From assembly GCA_963839395.1 (NCBI GenBank), contig CAWIUW010000013.1:25870-89869 (forward strand): a stretch of DNA of 64,000 nucleotides, given 5' to 3'. The DNA is from an uncultured Actinomycetota bacterium (GTDB taxonomy: Bacteria > Actinomycetota > UBA4738 > HRBIN12). The notes under the pieces are model-generated. The model was not told the origin of the DNA, made no database searches, and worked only from the letters and a program-made list of their open reading frames with translations. Below, in pieces: positions 17,355-25,647 of the stretch. A program made the translations under genes and the position numbers. How positions within the stretch are numbered: position 1 is the first letter of the stretch; every line of letters begins with the position of its first letter.

Positions 17355-20300
17355 TCAGCCGCTCCCGAGGCGCTCGAGCCGAGCACGGATGCGGGCCGCG
17401 GCGGGGACGTTCCCCTTCCGTTCGTAGCGGGCGAGCGCCTCGTCGAACGCCGCGCGCGCGTCGTCGTGGCGGCCGGCCGCCTCGAGGACCATCCCGCGCA
17501 CCTCGTACCCGTCCCCCTGCCACACCAGATAGTCGGTTCGGTCGACGATCTCGACCGCCTCATCCGCGAGCGTCAGCGCCTCCTCGAACTCGCCCCGATC
17601 GGCCAGCACCCGGGCTTTCGCCATGCGCCACACCGCCTGCGACGCGAAGTCGTCCTCTGCCGTCAGCGTGCGACTCGTCGCCGCGCACTCCTCGGCCTCG
17701 TCGAACCGAGCGAGATCGCAGAGCGTGAGCGCGAGCAGCCCGGTGACCGTGGAGTTGAACCCGGTCTCACCGATCTCGTCGAAGGCCTCGTGTGATACCC
17801 GGAAGAGGCGTTCCGCCTCCTCGAGCCGTCCCGCGAGACGCTCGGTCTCCGCGATCATCTGGATCCCCGAGACGTGCCGCATCGGTGTCCCGAGCTCCAC
17901 GAACGTCTGCGCGGAGCGGTCGGCCGAGGCCCGGGCTTCGTCGAAGCGACCCGCCATCCCGAGCAGACCGGCCCGTGTCCGGAGGTTCAGGGCCTCGCCG
18001 CTCAGGCTGTCCCCGACGATGTCGTCGGCGCGCTCCATCACGACGAAGGCCTCGTCCAGCGGCAGCGAGCCGAAGTAGGCGGCCGTGTTGATCTCCGCCG
18101 CGATCTCCTGACGCTGCCGCCGTGTGAGGGAAGGCCTCTCCATCAGCCGCGTGGCGATCGCGGCCGACTCCGCGGTCCGCCCCTCGAAGAAGGAGAACCG
18201 AGCGAGGAGGATCAGCGCCCGATCACGATCCTCCTCGTGCCCGACGGCCTCCAACTCCTCGAGCGCCGCCTCGACGTCGGCCCGTGCCCGACCGAGCGTG
18301 TAGGTAGGGTCGAGCTGGCCGATCGCGGGGGCGCGAACCAGCTCCGCGCGGAGCGCGAGGCGTCGATCCCCGATCTCCGTCGCCAGGGCGGCCGCCCGCG
18401 TGGCGGTGTCGAGCGACTCCTGGAAGGACAGATCCTCGTCGAATATCTCCGCGAGCAGCACCATCGCTCGGACCAGTTCGGTGCCGTCCAGCAGCTCGAG
18501 GCTCCGCTCGAGGAACGCCCTCGCCGCCTTGAAGTCGTCTCGCTCGTCCGCCCGCAGCCCGCAGCGGTACAGGTGATCACCCGCTCGGCGGGCGAGCGCC
18601 CTCGTCCGCTCATCCGCGGTGCCGAGCTCGGTGCGATACCGGTACGCCCGTTCCAGGTGGTAACCGAGGATCTCCTCGTATTCGGCGATCCGGTCGGCGG
18701 CGGCGCGCGCGAGCCACTCGGCGAACCGCTCGTGCAGGTCGGCGCGCTGCTCCTTCGGCATCGCCTGGTAGGCGGCGTCACGGATCAGCAGGTGGCGGAA
18801 CCGGAATGCATCTTCCCCCGCGAACTCGGCGCGATCGGGCCGGATCAGCTCCTTCCGCGCCAGCGCGAGCAAGCGCGAGCGGACGTTCGGCCTCGCCGAG
18901 TCCTGGCTGAGCGTGGTGACCGCGCCGGTGTGGAACACCTTGCCCTCGACCGCGCCACGTTCGATCACCGCGCGCTCCTCCGCGTCCAGGCGATCGAGCC
19001 GTGCCGCGAGCAGGAGATGGATCGTGGGTGGGACGGTCACGTTCGCGAGGTCCTCGACGGACCGCCATGAGCCCTCCTCGAATCGGAGGAGCCCGTCGTC
19101 GATCAGCATCGCGAGCATCTCCTCGACGAACAAGGGGTTCCCTTCGGCGGCATCGAGTATCCGGTCGCGCGCCGCTCGCGGGATGTCGGCTTCCCCGAGG
19201 AGGTTGTCGACCAACATCGACGCCTCGTCGCCGGGAAGCGGCTCGAGGAGGATCGAGGTGGCGTTCATCTTGCCGCCACCCCATCCGGACCGGATCTCGA
19301 GGAGCTCGGGCCGAGCGACGCAGACGAGAAGGACGGCCGCATCCCGCGTCCAGTCGGCGAGATGCTCGACGAGATCCAGCATCGTCGGCTCCGCCCAGTG
19401 GATGTCGTCGAAGACCACCACGACCGGTCGTTCGCGGGCGAGATGCTCGAGTACCTTCCGGACTGCCCAGAAGGCGTCCTCCGTGGCACCCGGGGGGGCC
19501 CAACCGAACAGGCCGCCCACGAGCGACGCGATGCGGTCGCCGTCCGCGGACTCGGCGAGCAGCGCTTCCAGCTTCGATCGTGCTGCAGCCGGCGGCTCGC
19601 CCTCGATGATGCCCGCGGCCTGATGGATCACCTCGGCGAGCGGGAAGAAGGTGATCCCCTCTCCGTAGGAGAGGCACCGTCCGCGGAGGACGGTGGCCGT
19701 CCCGACAGACCCCTCGAGGAACTCACTGACGAGCCTCGACTTCCCGACCCCCGCCGAGCCCAGGAGCGTGAACAGGTGCGACGTGCGCTCGGTGACCGCG
19801 CGCTCGAGGGCGCGCTCCAGCATCGCGAGCTCCTTGCCGCGACCCACCATCGGCGAGTCGAGGTGACGCACGTGCCCGGCGACGTCGGCCAGGACAGCCA
19901 CGAGGCGGTGCGCGGGAACCGGCTGCTCCTTGCCCTTCAGGTCGAGTGCGGCGACCGGCTCCACCTCGACCGCATCCTTCACCAGCCGAAAGGTCGTCTC
20001 GCCGAGGAAGATCTCGCCGGGCGAGGCTGCCTGCTCCAGCCGGGCGGCGACGTTCACCGCGTCCCCCGTGACCAGACGTTGGCCGGCCGACGGGTCGCCG
20101 GCCACCACCTCGCCCGTGTTCACCCCGATCCGAGCGGCGATCCCGACGCCGTGCTCACGTTGGAGCTCGAGGTTGAGCCCCTCCAGCGCCTCCCGCATCC
20201 CCGCGGCGGCGCGAACGGCCCGAACCGCGTCGTCCTCGTGCAGTCGGGGGATCCCGAAGACCGCCATCACGGCATCGCCGATGAACTTCTCGACGGTCCC

Positions 20301-20540
20301 GCCGTGGCGCTCGATCACGGCCGCCATCTCGTCGAAGTAGCGGCCCATCACGCGGCGGAGCGCTTCCGGATCGAGGCGTTCGCCGAGGGACGTGGATCCC
20401 GTGACGTCGGCGAAGACGATCGTGACGACCCTCCGGACGTCGCCGGGGGATCCATCGGTCTCGGCGAGCGGGGTCGCGCAGTTCTGGCAGAAGCGAGCCT
20501 TGTCGGCGTTCTCTTCTCCGCAGGAGGGGCAGCGCTTCAC
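17355..20540 (-). CDS. Multidomain signalling protein with zinc ribbon, class III adenylate/guanylate cyclase, AAA/STAND-type ATPase and TPR (1061 aa). This is the intact paralog.
   Basis: CPSCGEENADKARFCQNC. Cyclase VTIVFADVTGSTSLGERL...KFIGDAVMAVFG. P-loop LLGSAGVGKSRL. Long C-terminal TPR/helical repeats. Confidence 0.85.
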   Translation of the reverse strand: MKRCPSCGEENADKARFCQNCATPLAETDGSPGDVRRVVTIVFADVTGSTSLGERLDPEALRRVMGRYFDEMAAVIERHGGTVEKFIGDAVMAVFGIPRLHEDDAVRAVRAAAGMREALEGLNLELQREHGVGIAARIGVNTGEVVAGDPSAGQRLVTGDAVNVAARLEQAASPGEIFLGETTFRLVKDAVEVEPVAALDLKGKEQPVPAHRLVAVLADVAGHVRHLDSPMVGRGKELAMLERALERAVTERTSHLFTLLGSAGVGKSRLVSEFLEGSVGTATVLRGRCLSYGEGITFFPLAEVIHQAAGIIEGEPPAAARSKLEALLAESADGDRIASLVGGLFGWAPPGATEDAFWAVRKVLEHLARERPVVVVFDDIHWAEPTMLDLVEHLADWTRDAAVLLVCVARPELLEIRSGWGGGKMNATSILLEPLPGDEASMLVDNLLGEADIPRAARDRILDAAEGNPLFVEEMLAMLIDDGLLRFEEGSWRSVEDLANVTVPPTIHLLLAARLDRLDAEERAVIERGAVEGKVFHTGAVTTLSQDSARPNVRSRLLALARKELIRPDRAEFAGEDAFRFRHLLIRDAAYQAMPKEQRADLHERFAEWLARAAADRIAEYEEILGYHLERAYRYRTELGTADERTRALARRAGDHLYRCGLRADERDDFKAARAFLERSLELLDGTELVRAMVLLAEIFDEDLSFQESLDTATRAAALATEIGDRRLALRAELVRAPAIGQLDPTYTLGRARADVEAALEELEAVGHEEDRDRALILLARFSFFEGRTAESAAIATRLMERPSLTRRQRQEIAAEINTAAYFGSLPLDEAFVVMERADDIVGDSLSGEALNLRTRAGLLGMAGRFDEARASADRSAQTFVELGTPMRHVSGIQMIAETERLAGRLEEAERLFRVSHEAFDEIGETGFNSTVTGLLALTLCDLARFDEAEECAATSRTLTAEDDFASQAVWRMAKARVLADRGEFEEALTLADEAVEIVDRTDYLVWQGDGYEVRGMVLEAAGRHDDARAAFDEALARYERKGNVPAAARIRARLERLGSG

Positions 20541-20580
20541 GAGCGAATCCTAGAGGGTGCTCAGGATGCGCCGGGGCCGG

Positions 20581-20786
20581 TCAGGTGCGGATGTACGCAC
20601 CACGGGAGCCGAGCTCGAAGAAGGTGGTCCCCGACGGCACGTGGGGTGCCACGTCGTCGCCGAGGGACCTCTCTTCCGACTCCGACGGTGTGCCGGTGTT
20701 CTCGATCTCGGCTCCGCCGTCGGGCTCGAGGAACTCCTGGAGCGACGATGGATCGAGCGGGCGGATCCGATCCTTCACGATCGACA
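20581..20786 (-). CDS. Hypothetical small acidic protein (68 aa). Low confidence.
   Basis: MSIVKDRIRPLDPSSLQEFLEPDGGAEIENTGTPSESEE... A GAGG SD lies 6 nt upstream. No homology recognised. Confidence 0.3.
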
Positions 20787-20805
20787 TCGGTGCCTCGCTT
20801 TCGTT

Positions 20806-20843
20806 GTGGGAGGAGGGAGTCCACCGAGGTGGACCCCCTCCCG
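20806..20843 (-). terminator. GC-rich stem-loop (about 14-bp arms) downstream of the ABM gene. It is a putative intrinsic terminator lacking a U tract.
   Basis: GGGAGGAGGGAGTCCACC-GA-GGTGGACCCCCTCCC is an imperfect inverted repeat. Confidence 0.4.
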
Positions 20844-20892
20844 ACACGACCGCGCTCGTGCAGCGGCACGACGCGGCCTGAAGAACCGATCT

Positions 20893-21198
20893 CTAGACCT
20901 TCGCGGGCGTGCCCTCGAAGAAGGCCATGTCCCCGATCTGGGTCGAACGGAGCTCGACACGGTTCGCGATGTGCTCGCGCACCCATCGCTCTGCCACCGG
21001 AGCGGCGGCGTCTGCTTCCTTGCGGGTCTCCCAGAAGCTCAACCCCACGACCTTCCTCTCACCGAGGTCGGCGACGCCGAACCGGATGAAGCCTGGCTGC
21101 TCCTGGAACGTGCGCAGCATCCCCTCACGGGCGATGTCGGCGAGCTCCTGGAAGTTGCCGTCCTTGATCTCGTACGTTGCGATGCGAACGTGCTGCAT
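20893..21198 (-). CDS. ABM (antibiotic biosynthesis monooxygenase/Dabb) domain protein
   Basis: 101 aa. MQHVRIATYEIKDGNFQE...GFIRFGVADLGERKVVGLSFWETRKEADAAA. AAGGAG SD 7 nt upstream. Confidence 0.7.
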   Translation of the reverse strand: MQHVRIATYEIKDGNFQELADIAREGMLRTFQEQPGFIRFGVADLGERKVVGLSFWETRKEADAAAPVAERWVREHIANRVELRSTQIGDMAFFEGTPAKV

Positions 21199-21465
21199 AT
21201 GTGAGTTGCTCCTTCGATGGTTCGGTCGATGTGCGGGATGTTTCGGACCCGCGACCGTCAGACCAGCGTGAGCCCGATCGAGAGCGAGAACGCTCGGGGT
21301 ATCGAGCCTTCGCGGGGACCAGCGATGGGACGGGATGGTCGGAAGCGACCTCCGTGACTCCTGCTTCTCCCCTCACATGGATGGGGATCGCGTCGCATCG
21401 AGTGTACGTCTTCCCTCCGACGGCACGACCGGCGTGGTTCCGAGCTTCTGATAGGAATCGCGCCG

Positions 21466-22260
21466 ATGGAGGAAGTCTTCTCGAAGGACGGCACGACGAT
21501 CGCGTTCGACCGGTCGGGTGAAGGACCCGGGATCCTCCTCGTGGGTGGCGCGCTGAGCGATCGTTCGGCGGCGGCGGAACTGGCCGCGGAACTCGCTCCG
21601 CGCTTCACGGTGATCGCGTACGACCGCCGGGGGCGGGGCGACAGCGGGGACACTCAGCCGTACGCGGTCGACCGGGAGGTCGAAGACATCGAGGCATTGA
21701 TCGTCGCCGCAGGCGGGAACGCGTTCGTGTTCGGTCATTCCTCCGGCGCCGTCCTCGCCCTCGAAGCGGCTCACAGGTACCCCGACCGGATCTCGAGGCT
21801 CGCGTTGTACGAGCCGCCGTTCATCGTCGACGACGGCCGGCCACCGCTCCCCGCCGACTTCGTCACGCGGCTGGAGGAGCTGGTCTCATCGGGCCGCCGT
21901 GGTGACGCGGTCGAGTACTTCTTGGCGACGGGTCCGGGTGTCTCTCCCGAGGTCGTGTCCGGGATGCGAGGAGAGCCCTTCTGGTCGTCTTTCGAAGCGG
22001 TCGCGCACACACTCGGCTACGACGGCATCGTCATGGGAGATACGACAGCCGGCAGCCCCGTGCCGCTCCACCGATGGGCCTCGGTGGCGGTGCCCACGCT
22101 GATCATGGACGGCGGCGCCAGCCCCGAGTGGCAGCGGAACGCCGTCCGGGCGCTCTCGGGGGTTCTCCCGGAGGCGCGGCACATGACCTTGGAGGGTCAG
22201 GGCCACGGGGCTGACCCGAAGGTCCTCGCGCCCGCGCTGGTGGCGTTCTTCACCGACTGA
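21466..22260 (+). CDS. Alpha/beta-fold hydrolase
   Basis: 264 aa. Nucleophile elbow FGHSSGA. ILLVGGALSDRS...YDRRGRGDS is typical of the fold. Confidence 0.8.
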   Translation: MEEVFSKDGTTIAFDRSGEGPGILLVGGALSDRSAAAELAAELAPRFTVIAYDRRGRGDSGDTQPYAVDREVEDIEALIVAAGGNAFVFGHSSGAVLALEAAHRYPDRISRLALYEPPFIVDDGRPPLPADFVTRLEELVSSGRRGDAVEYFLATGPGVSPEVVSGMRGEPFWSSFEAVAHTLGYDGIVMGDTTAGSPVPLHRWASVAVPTLIMDGGASPEWQRNAVRALSGVLPEARHMTLEGQGHGADPKVLAPALVAFFTD

Positions 22261-22398
22261 GTCGAGTGAGACTCTTCGCGATGTCTGTAGGCCGCTCGTC
22301 TGACAGCCATACGCCCGGCAGAAATCGCTGTCGGCTCGTCGTACGATCTCGGACCGCGTTCGATCGAGGGAACTCGCGGCTCGAAGGACTGGTGGCAG

Positions 22399-23418
22399 AT
22401 GGATCCCCGGCGCAGAGTGCAAGTCGTCCTGGGTGAAGCGGAGCGGACCGACGGACTCCTTCGTTTCATCTTGGAAGGCGAAGGGTTCGACATCATCGGG
22501 CTCGCTTCGGATGACCACGAGCTCGCGCGAGTCCTTCGCGGCGCTCGACCTGATGTGGTCGTCCTGGACGGCGGCATCTCCGCTGCCGCTGCCGTGGAGG
22601 CCCGCGAGCGCGCCGAGGGAGCCTCTCTCGTCGTGGTCTGGCCGGATGGAGTGGCGGCGGTCATCGCTGAGGAACGCGTCGACCCTTCTTCTTCCATCTC
22701 GGACCTGGGCGAGGCGGTCCGACGAGCTGCCGGATCCGCCAAGGTCAGCCACACGATCATCCGCGTCCCTGACGTGCGGGCCGCGCACGTGCAAGAGGAG
22801 AGTCAAGCCGAGATCCCATACCCAGACATCCGGCAGGACCCACCTGTGCCTTCACGATCTCGAGGGCGCCGTGGTCAGCTCCTCGTCGCGGCCGCCACTT
22901 GGATGCTCGCCCTCACAGCCCTCACGACGATCGCGATCGCCGTGCCGAACGCACTGAAGCTCTCTTCCCGCCAAGGCGAACGCCCTTCGTCCGGCGTGTC
23001 CGTGAACCGCCCCGACGAGCGGACCACTACGCCTCAACGGCCCACAGACACGGGCAGGCGGCCGGCCTGCGACGCTCCCGCCACGCCTCAGGGCCGGACG
23101 AGTAGCTCCCGCGGGGCGACCTCCGAACCGGTTCGCGCGCAGGGGTGTCCCCCGGATGGCGCCCAGGGTGATGCGGGCAACAAGGGCGATCGAGGAGGTC
23201 GTCCCGACGACCCAGGGAACCAGGCGAACGGACAGGATCCACCCGGTCCGGTGTCGGGCCACGCTCAGGGAGGAACCAACGGATCGCAGGAGACCGATAG
23301 CGAGGAACGGGAACACGCGAGCGGCGGGAAGGCCGGGACCGGCGGGAGCGCCGGCAAGGGGCAGGAACAGAGCTCCGTCGGAAACGCCACCCGGACCGAT
23401 ACCGGCACCGCTGGGTGA
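22399..23418 (+). CDS. Membrane protein with an N-terminal receiver (REC)-like domain, a single TM helix and a long Gly/Pro/Thr-rich low-complexity C-terminal region
   Basis: VQVVLGEAE...FDIIGLASDDHELARVLRGARPDVVVLDG...ASLVVVW follows the beta1-alpha1-beta2-alpha2-beta3 pattern of receivers, with D retained in VVVLD. TM helix LLVAAATWMLALTALTTIAIAV. The tail is rich in G, P, T, R and D. Confidence 0.6.
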   Translation: MDPRRRVQVVLGEAERTDGLLRFILEGEGFDIIGLASDDHELARVLRGARPDVVVLDGGISAAAAVEARERAEGASLVVVWPDGVAAVIAEERVDPSSSISDLGEAVRRAAGSAKVSHTIIRVPDVRAAHVQEESQAEIPYPDIRQDPPVPSRSRGRRGQLLVAAATWMLALTALTTIAIAVPNALKLSSRQGERPSSGVSVNRPDERTTTPQRPTDTGRRPACDAPATPQGRTSSSRGATSEPVRAQGCPPDGAQGDAGNKGDRGGRPDDPGNQANGQDPPGPVSGHAQGGTNGSQETDSEEREHASGGKAGTGGSAGKGQEQSSVGNATRTDTGTAG

Positions 23419-23493
23419 CCGGCGGCAACGGGCGACGAGGTCGTCCGAACGACCTCATCCGGTCCAGGAGTTGCGCACATGGCGTAGACTGGG

Positions 23494-23694
23494 TTGGTGG
23501 AAGGTGAGCGGAACGTCTACAAGACCGAATCCGGAGTCATCTTCCGGGTCTCCGAGACGCAAGAAGGCCACATCTCCGTCGAAACCCTCGCGGATGCCGC
23601 TTGGGTCTCCGGAAGGATCGGGATGGTCGGTTTGCGCGTCCTCCCGACGACCACTCGCCTAACGGCTCGCCAGATACTCGCCCTTCCGATCTAG
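23494..23694 (+). CDS. Questionable small ORF (66 aa, TTG start)
   Basis: Moderate GC3 and several rare codons (gaa, ata, cta). No domain. Confidence 0.2.
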   Translation: MVEGERNVYKTESGVIFRVSETQEGHISVETLADAAWVSGRIGMVGLRVLPTTTRLTARQILALPI

Positions 23695-24025
23695 GGGCTT
23701 CGGTCCCCAACCCGAGCTCGTTCGGCCCTCCCTTCTTTCTCACGTTCGTCCTGTGTCCGGCTCCGCGCCGATAGCCGAAGGTCTCGACACCTCATCCCCC
23801 GTCGCGCCAGAACGTCCCCCGTGTGCCCGATGAAGTCATCGGCCGTCAGCCGACCAAGATTGCGACATTCGAGTGATAGCGCTGTCGCCCGCTGGGGGGC
23901 AAAGTGACCCTTCGTCCGGCCGACGCCGAGTGCCGGTCACCAGAGAGGACCAGGGATCGCCGTGATCGACGCCGGGAGCCAGGCCATCGAGGGGACCCAG
24001 ACAGCGCGGGAGGATCGCGATCGTC

Positions 24026-25636
24026 TTGGGTCTCGTCATGAGCGCCTTGCTCGCCCTCACGTTCCTCCCACCCTCACCGGTTCGGGCGGAGACGTTCGTC
24101 CCCGTCGTGGTACACGAGCGGAGGCCGACCACTGACTCCGCGGAAGCGTTGATCGAGGCTGTCGGCGGCAGCGTCACCAGGCCCCTCCCCTTGATCGGCG
24201 GGTTCGCCGCCGAAGTGCCGGACGATCGCCTGTCGCTGCTCGGCCCCGATGGTCCGATCGCGGGTCTGTACGTCGACGGTCCCATCCACATGGCTGCTGC
24301 GGGGACGACGGCGTATGACGACCTCGAGCCCAACCTCGCGTGGCGGAAGACGATCAGGCTCCCCCAGGTGCCGCTCGGCATCGACGGCAGCGGCGTGACG
24401 GTCGCGATGATCGACACCGGCGTCGCGCAGGTCGCGGACCTCGGTGATCGGGTCATCGCTCGGGTCGACTTCACACCCGGAGGCAACGGCGAGGACGCCT
24501 ATGGGCACGGGACGCACCTCGCGGGCGTGATCGCGGGAGACGGTACCGCCTCGGGTGGCAAGTGGCGGGGCGTCGCGCCGGGCGCGCAGCTCGTCTCCGT
24601 GAAGGTGGCAGGGCCCGATGGCGCGACCGACGTCTCCGTTGTGATCGCCGCGCTGCAATGGGTCGTCACCCACCGCGCGCAGTACGGGATCAAGGTGCTG
24701 AACCTCTCGTTCGGCACGGACAGCGTCCAACCGTACGCGGTCGACCCGTTGAACGCCGCGGTGGAGCGCGCGTGGGCGGCGGGCATCACCGTCGTGGTCT
24801 CGTCGGGGAACCGGGGACCGGGAACGATCAACAAGCCCGGCGACGACCCGTTCGTGATCACGGTGGGGGCGACCGACGGCAAGCAGACCGCCGACCGGAA
24901 GGACGACGAGGTCGCTCCCTTCTCGAGCAGCGGCATCACACAGGACGGCTTCGCGAAACCGGACCTCGTGGCACCAGGCACCACGATCGTGGCCACCCGT
25001 GACGCCGGAAGCACGATCGACGGGCTCCATCAGGACGCCGTCCTCGACGGCGACTACTTCAAGGGGACCGGCACATCCCAGGCGGGGGCGGTCGTCTCGG
25101 GCGTGGCCGCGCTCCTCTATCAGGCGAATCCGTCCCTCCGACCGAACACGGTCAAGAGCATCCTGTTGGGAAGCACCTTCCGAGCCTCGCAATACCGGAC
25201 GGGTGGCGGGGCGGGGCTCGTCGACGCGGCAGGCGCCGTGCAGAGCATCGGGAGCGGCGACTGGGCCAACGTCGGGTTGCTCCGGTCGCTCGGGGCGGGG
25301 TCACTCGAGGGCAGCCGAGGGCGGTTCCACGTGCACACCGATCTCAACCACGACGGCCAGCCCGATCTCGTCACGGGTGAGCAGGACGTCCTCGGCGCGC
25401 CGTGGGACTCGACCTCTTGGTCCTCGACCTCGTGGTCGTCGACGTCGTGGTCTTCCACGAGCTGGTCATCGCTGATCTCCGAGAACACGGGCTGGTCCAG
25501 CAACTCGTGGAGCTCGACGTCCTGGAGCGGCATGTTCTGGAGCTCGAACTCATGGAGCTCGAACTCATGGAGCTCGACGAGTTGGAGCTCGAACTCATGG
25601 AGCTCGACGAGCTGGAGCTCGGCGGCCTGGAGCTGA
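24026..25636 (+). CDS. Secreted subtilisin-like S8 serine protease with a C-terminal tandem (S/N)(T/S)SWSS hexapeptide-repeat tail (copy 1)
   Basis: Signal peptide MGLVMSALLALTFLPPSPVRA. Catalytic triad motifs VAMIDTGV (Asp), HGTHLAGVIAG (His), GTSQAGAVVSGVAAL (Ser). The last 77 aa are STSWSS repeats. Confidence 0.9.
   Translation: MGLVMSALLALTFLPPSPVRAETFVPVVVHERRPTTDSAEALIEAVGGSVTRPLPLIGGFAAEVPDDRLSLLGPDGPIAGLYVDGPIHMAAAGTTAYDDLEPNLAWRKTIRLPQVPLGIDGSGVTVAMIDTGVAQVADLGDRVIARVDFTPGGNGEDAYGHGTHLAGVIAGDGTASGGKWRGVAPGAQLVSVKVAGPDGATDVSVVIAALQWVVTHRAQYGIKVLNLSFGTDSVQPYAVDPLNAAVERAWAAGITVVVSSGNRGPGTINKPGDDPFVITVGATDGKQTADRKDDEVAPFSSSGITQDGFAKPDLVAPGTTIVATRDAGSTIDGLHQDAVLDGDYFKGTGTSQAGAVVSGVAALLYQANPSLRPNTVKSILLGSTFRASQYRTGGGAGLVDAAGAVQSIGSGDWANVGLLRSLGAGSLEGSRGRFHVHTDLNHDGQPDLVTGEQDVLGAPWDSTSWSSTSWSSTSWSSTSWSSLISENTGWSSNSWSSTSWSGMFWSSNSWSSNSWSSTSWSSNSWSSTSWSSAAWS
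25403..25633 (+). repeat. 18-bp tandem repeat array, about 12 units, encoding Trp-containing hexapeptides. It is interrupted by LISENTGW and SWSGMFWSS.
   Basis: tcgacctcgtggtcg-type units. The opposite strand reads ELELMELDE. Confidence 0.9.
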
Positions 25637-25647
25637 GGAGAGACGAC

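Noticed and set aside
23700-24025. Possible riboswitch or ncRNA in the roughly 600-bp intergenic region upstream of protease copy 1
   Set aside because: There is locally lower GC and some short hairpins, but no recognisable riboswitch consensus (T-box, SAM, cobalamin, ydaO etc.). The equivalent region upstream of copy 2 is not similar.
25403-25633. CRISPR array
   Set aside because: The 18-bp units are contiguous with no spacers, lie inside a protease reading frame and are translated into a regular hexapeptide. It is not a CRISPR array.
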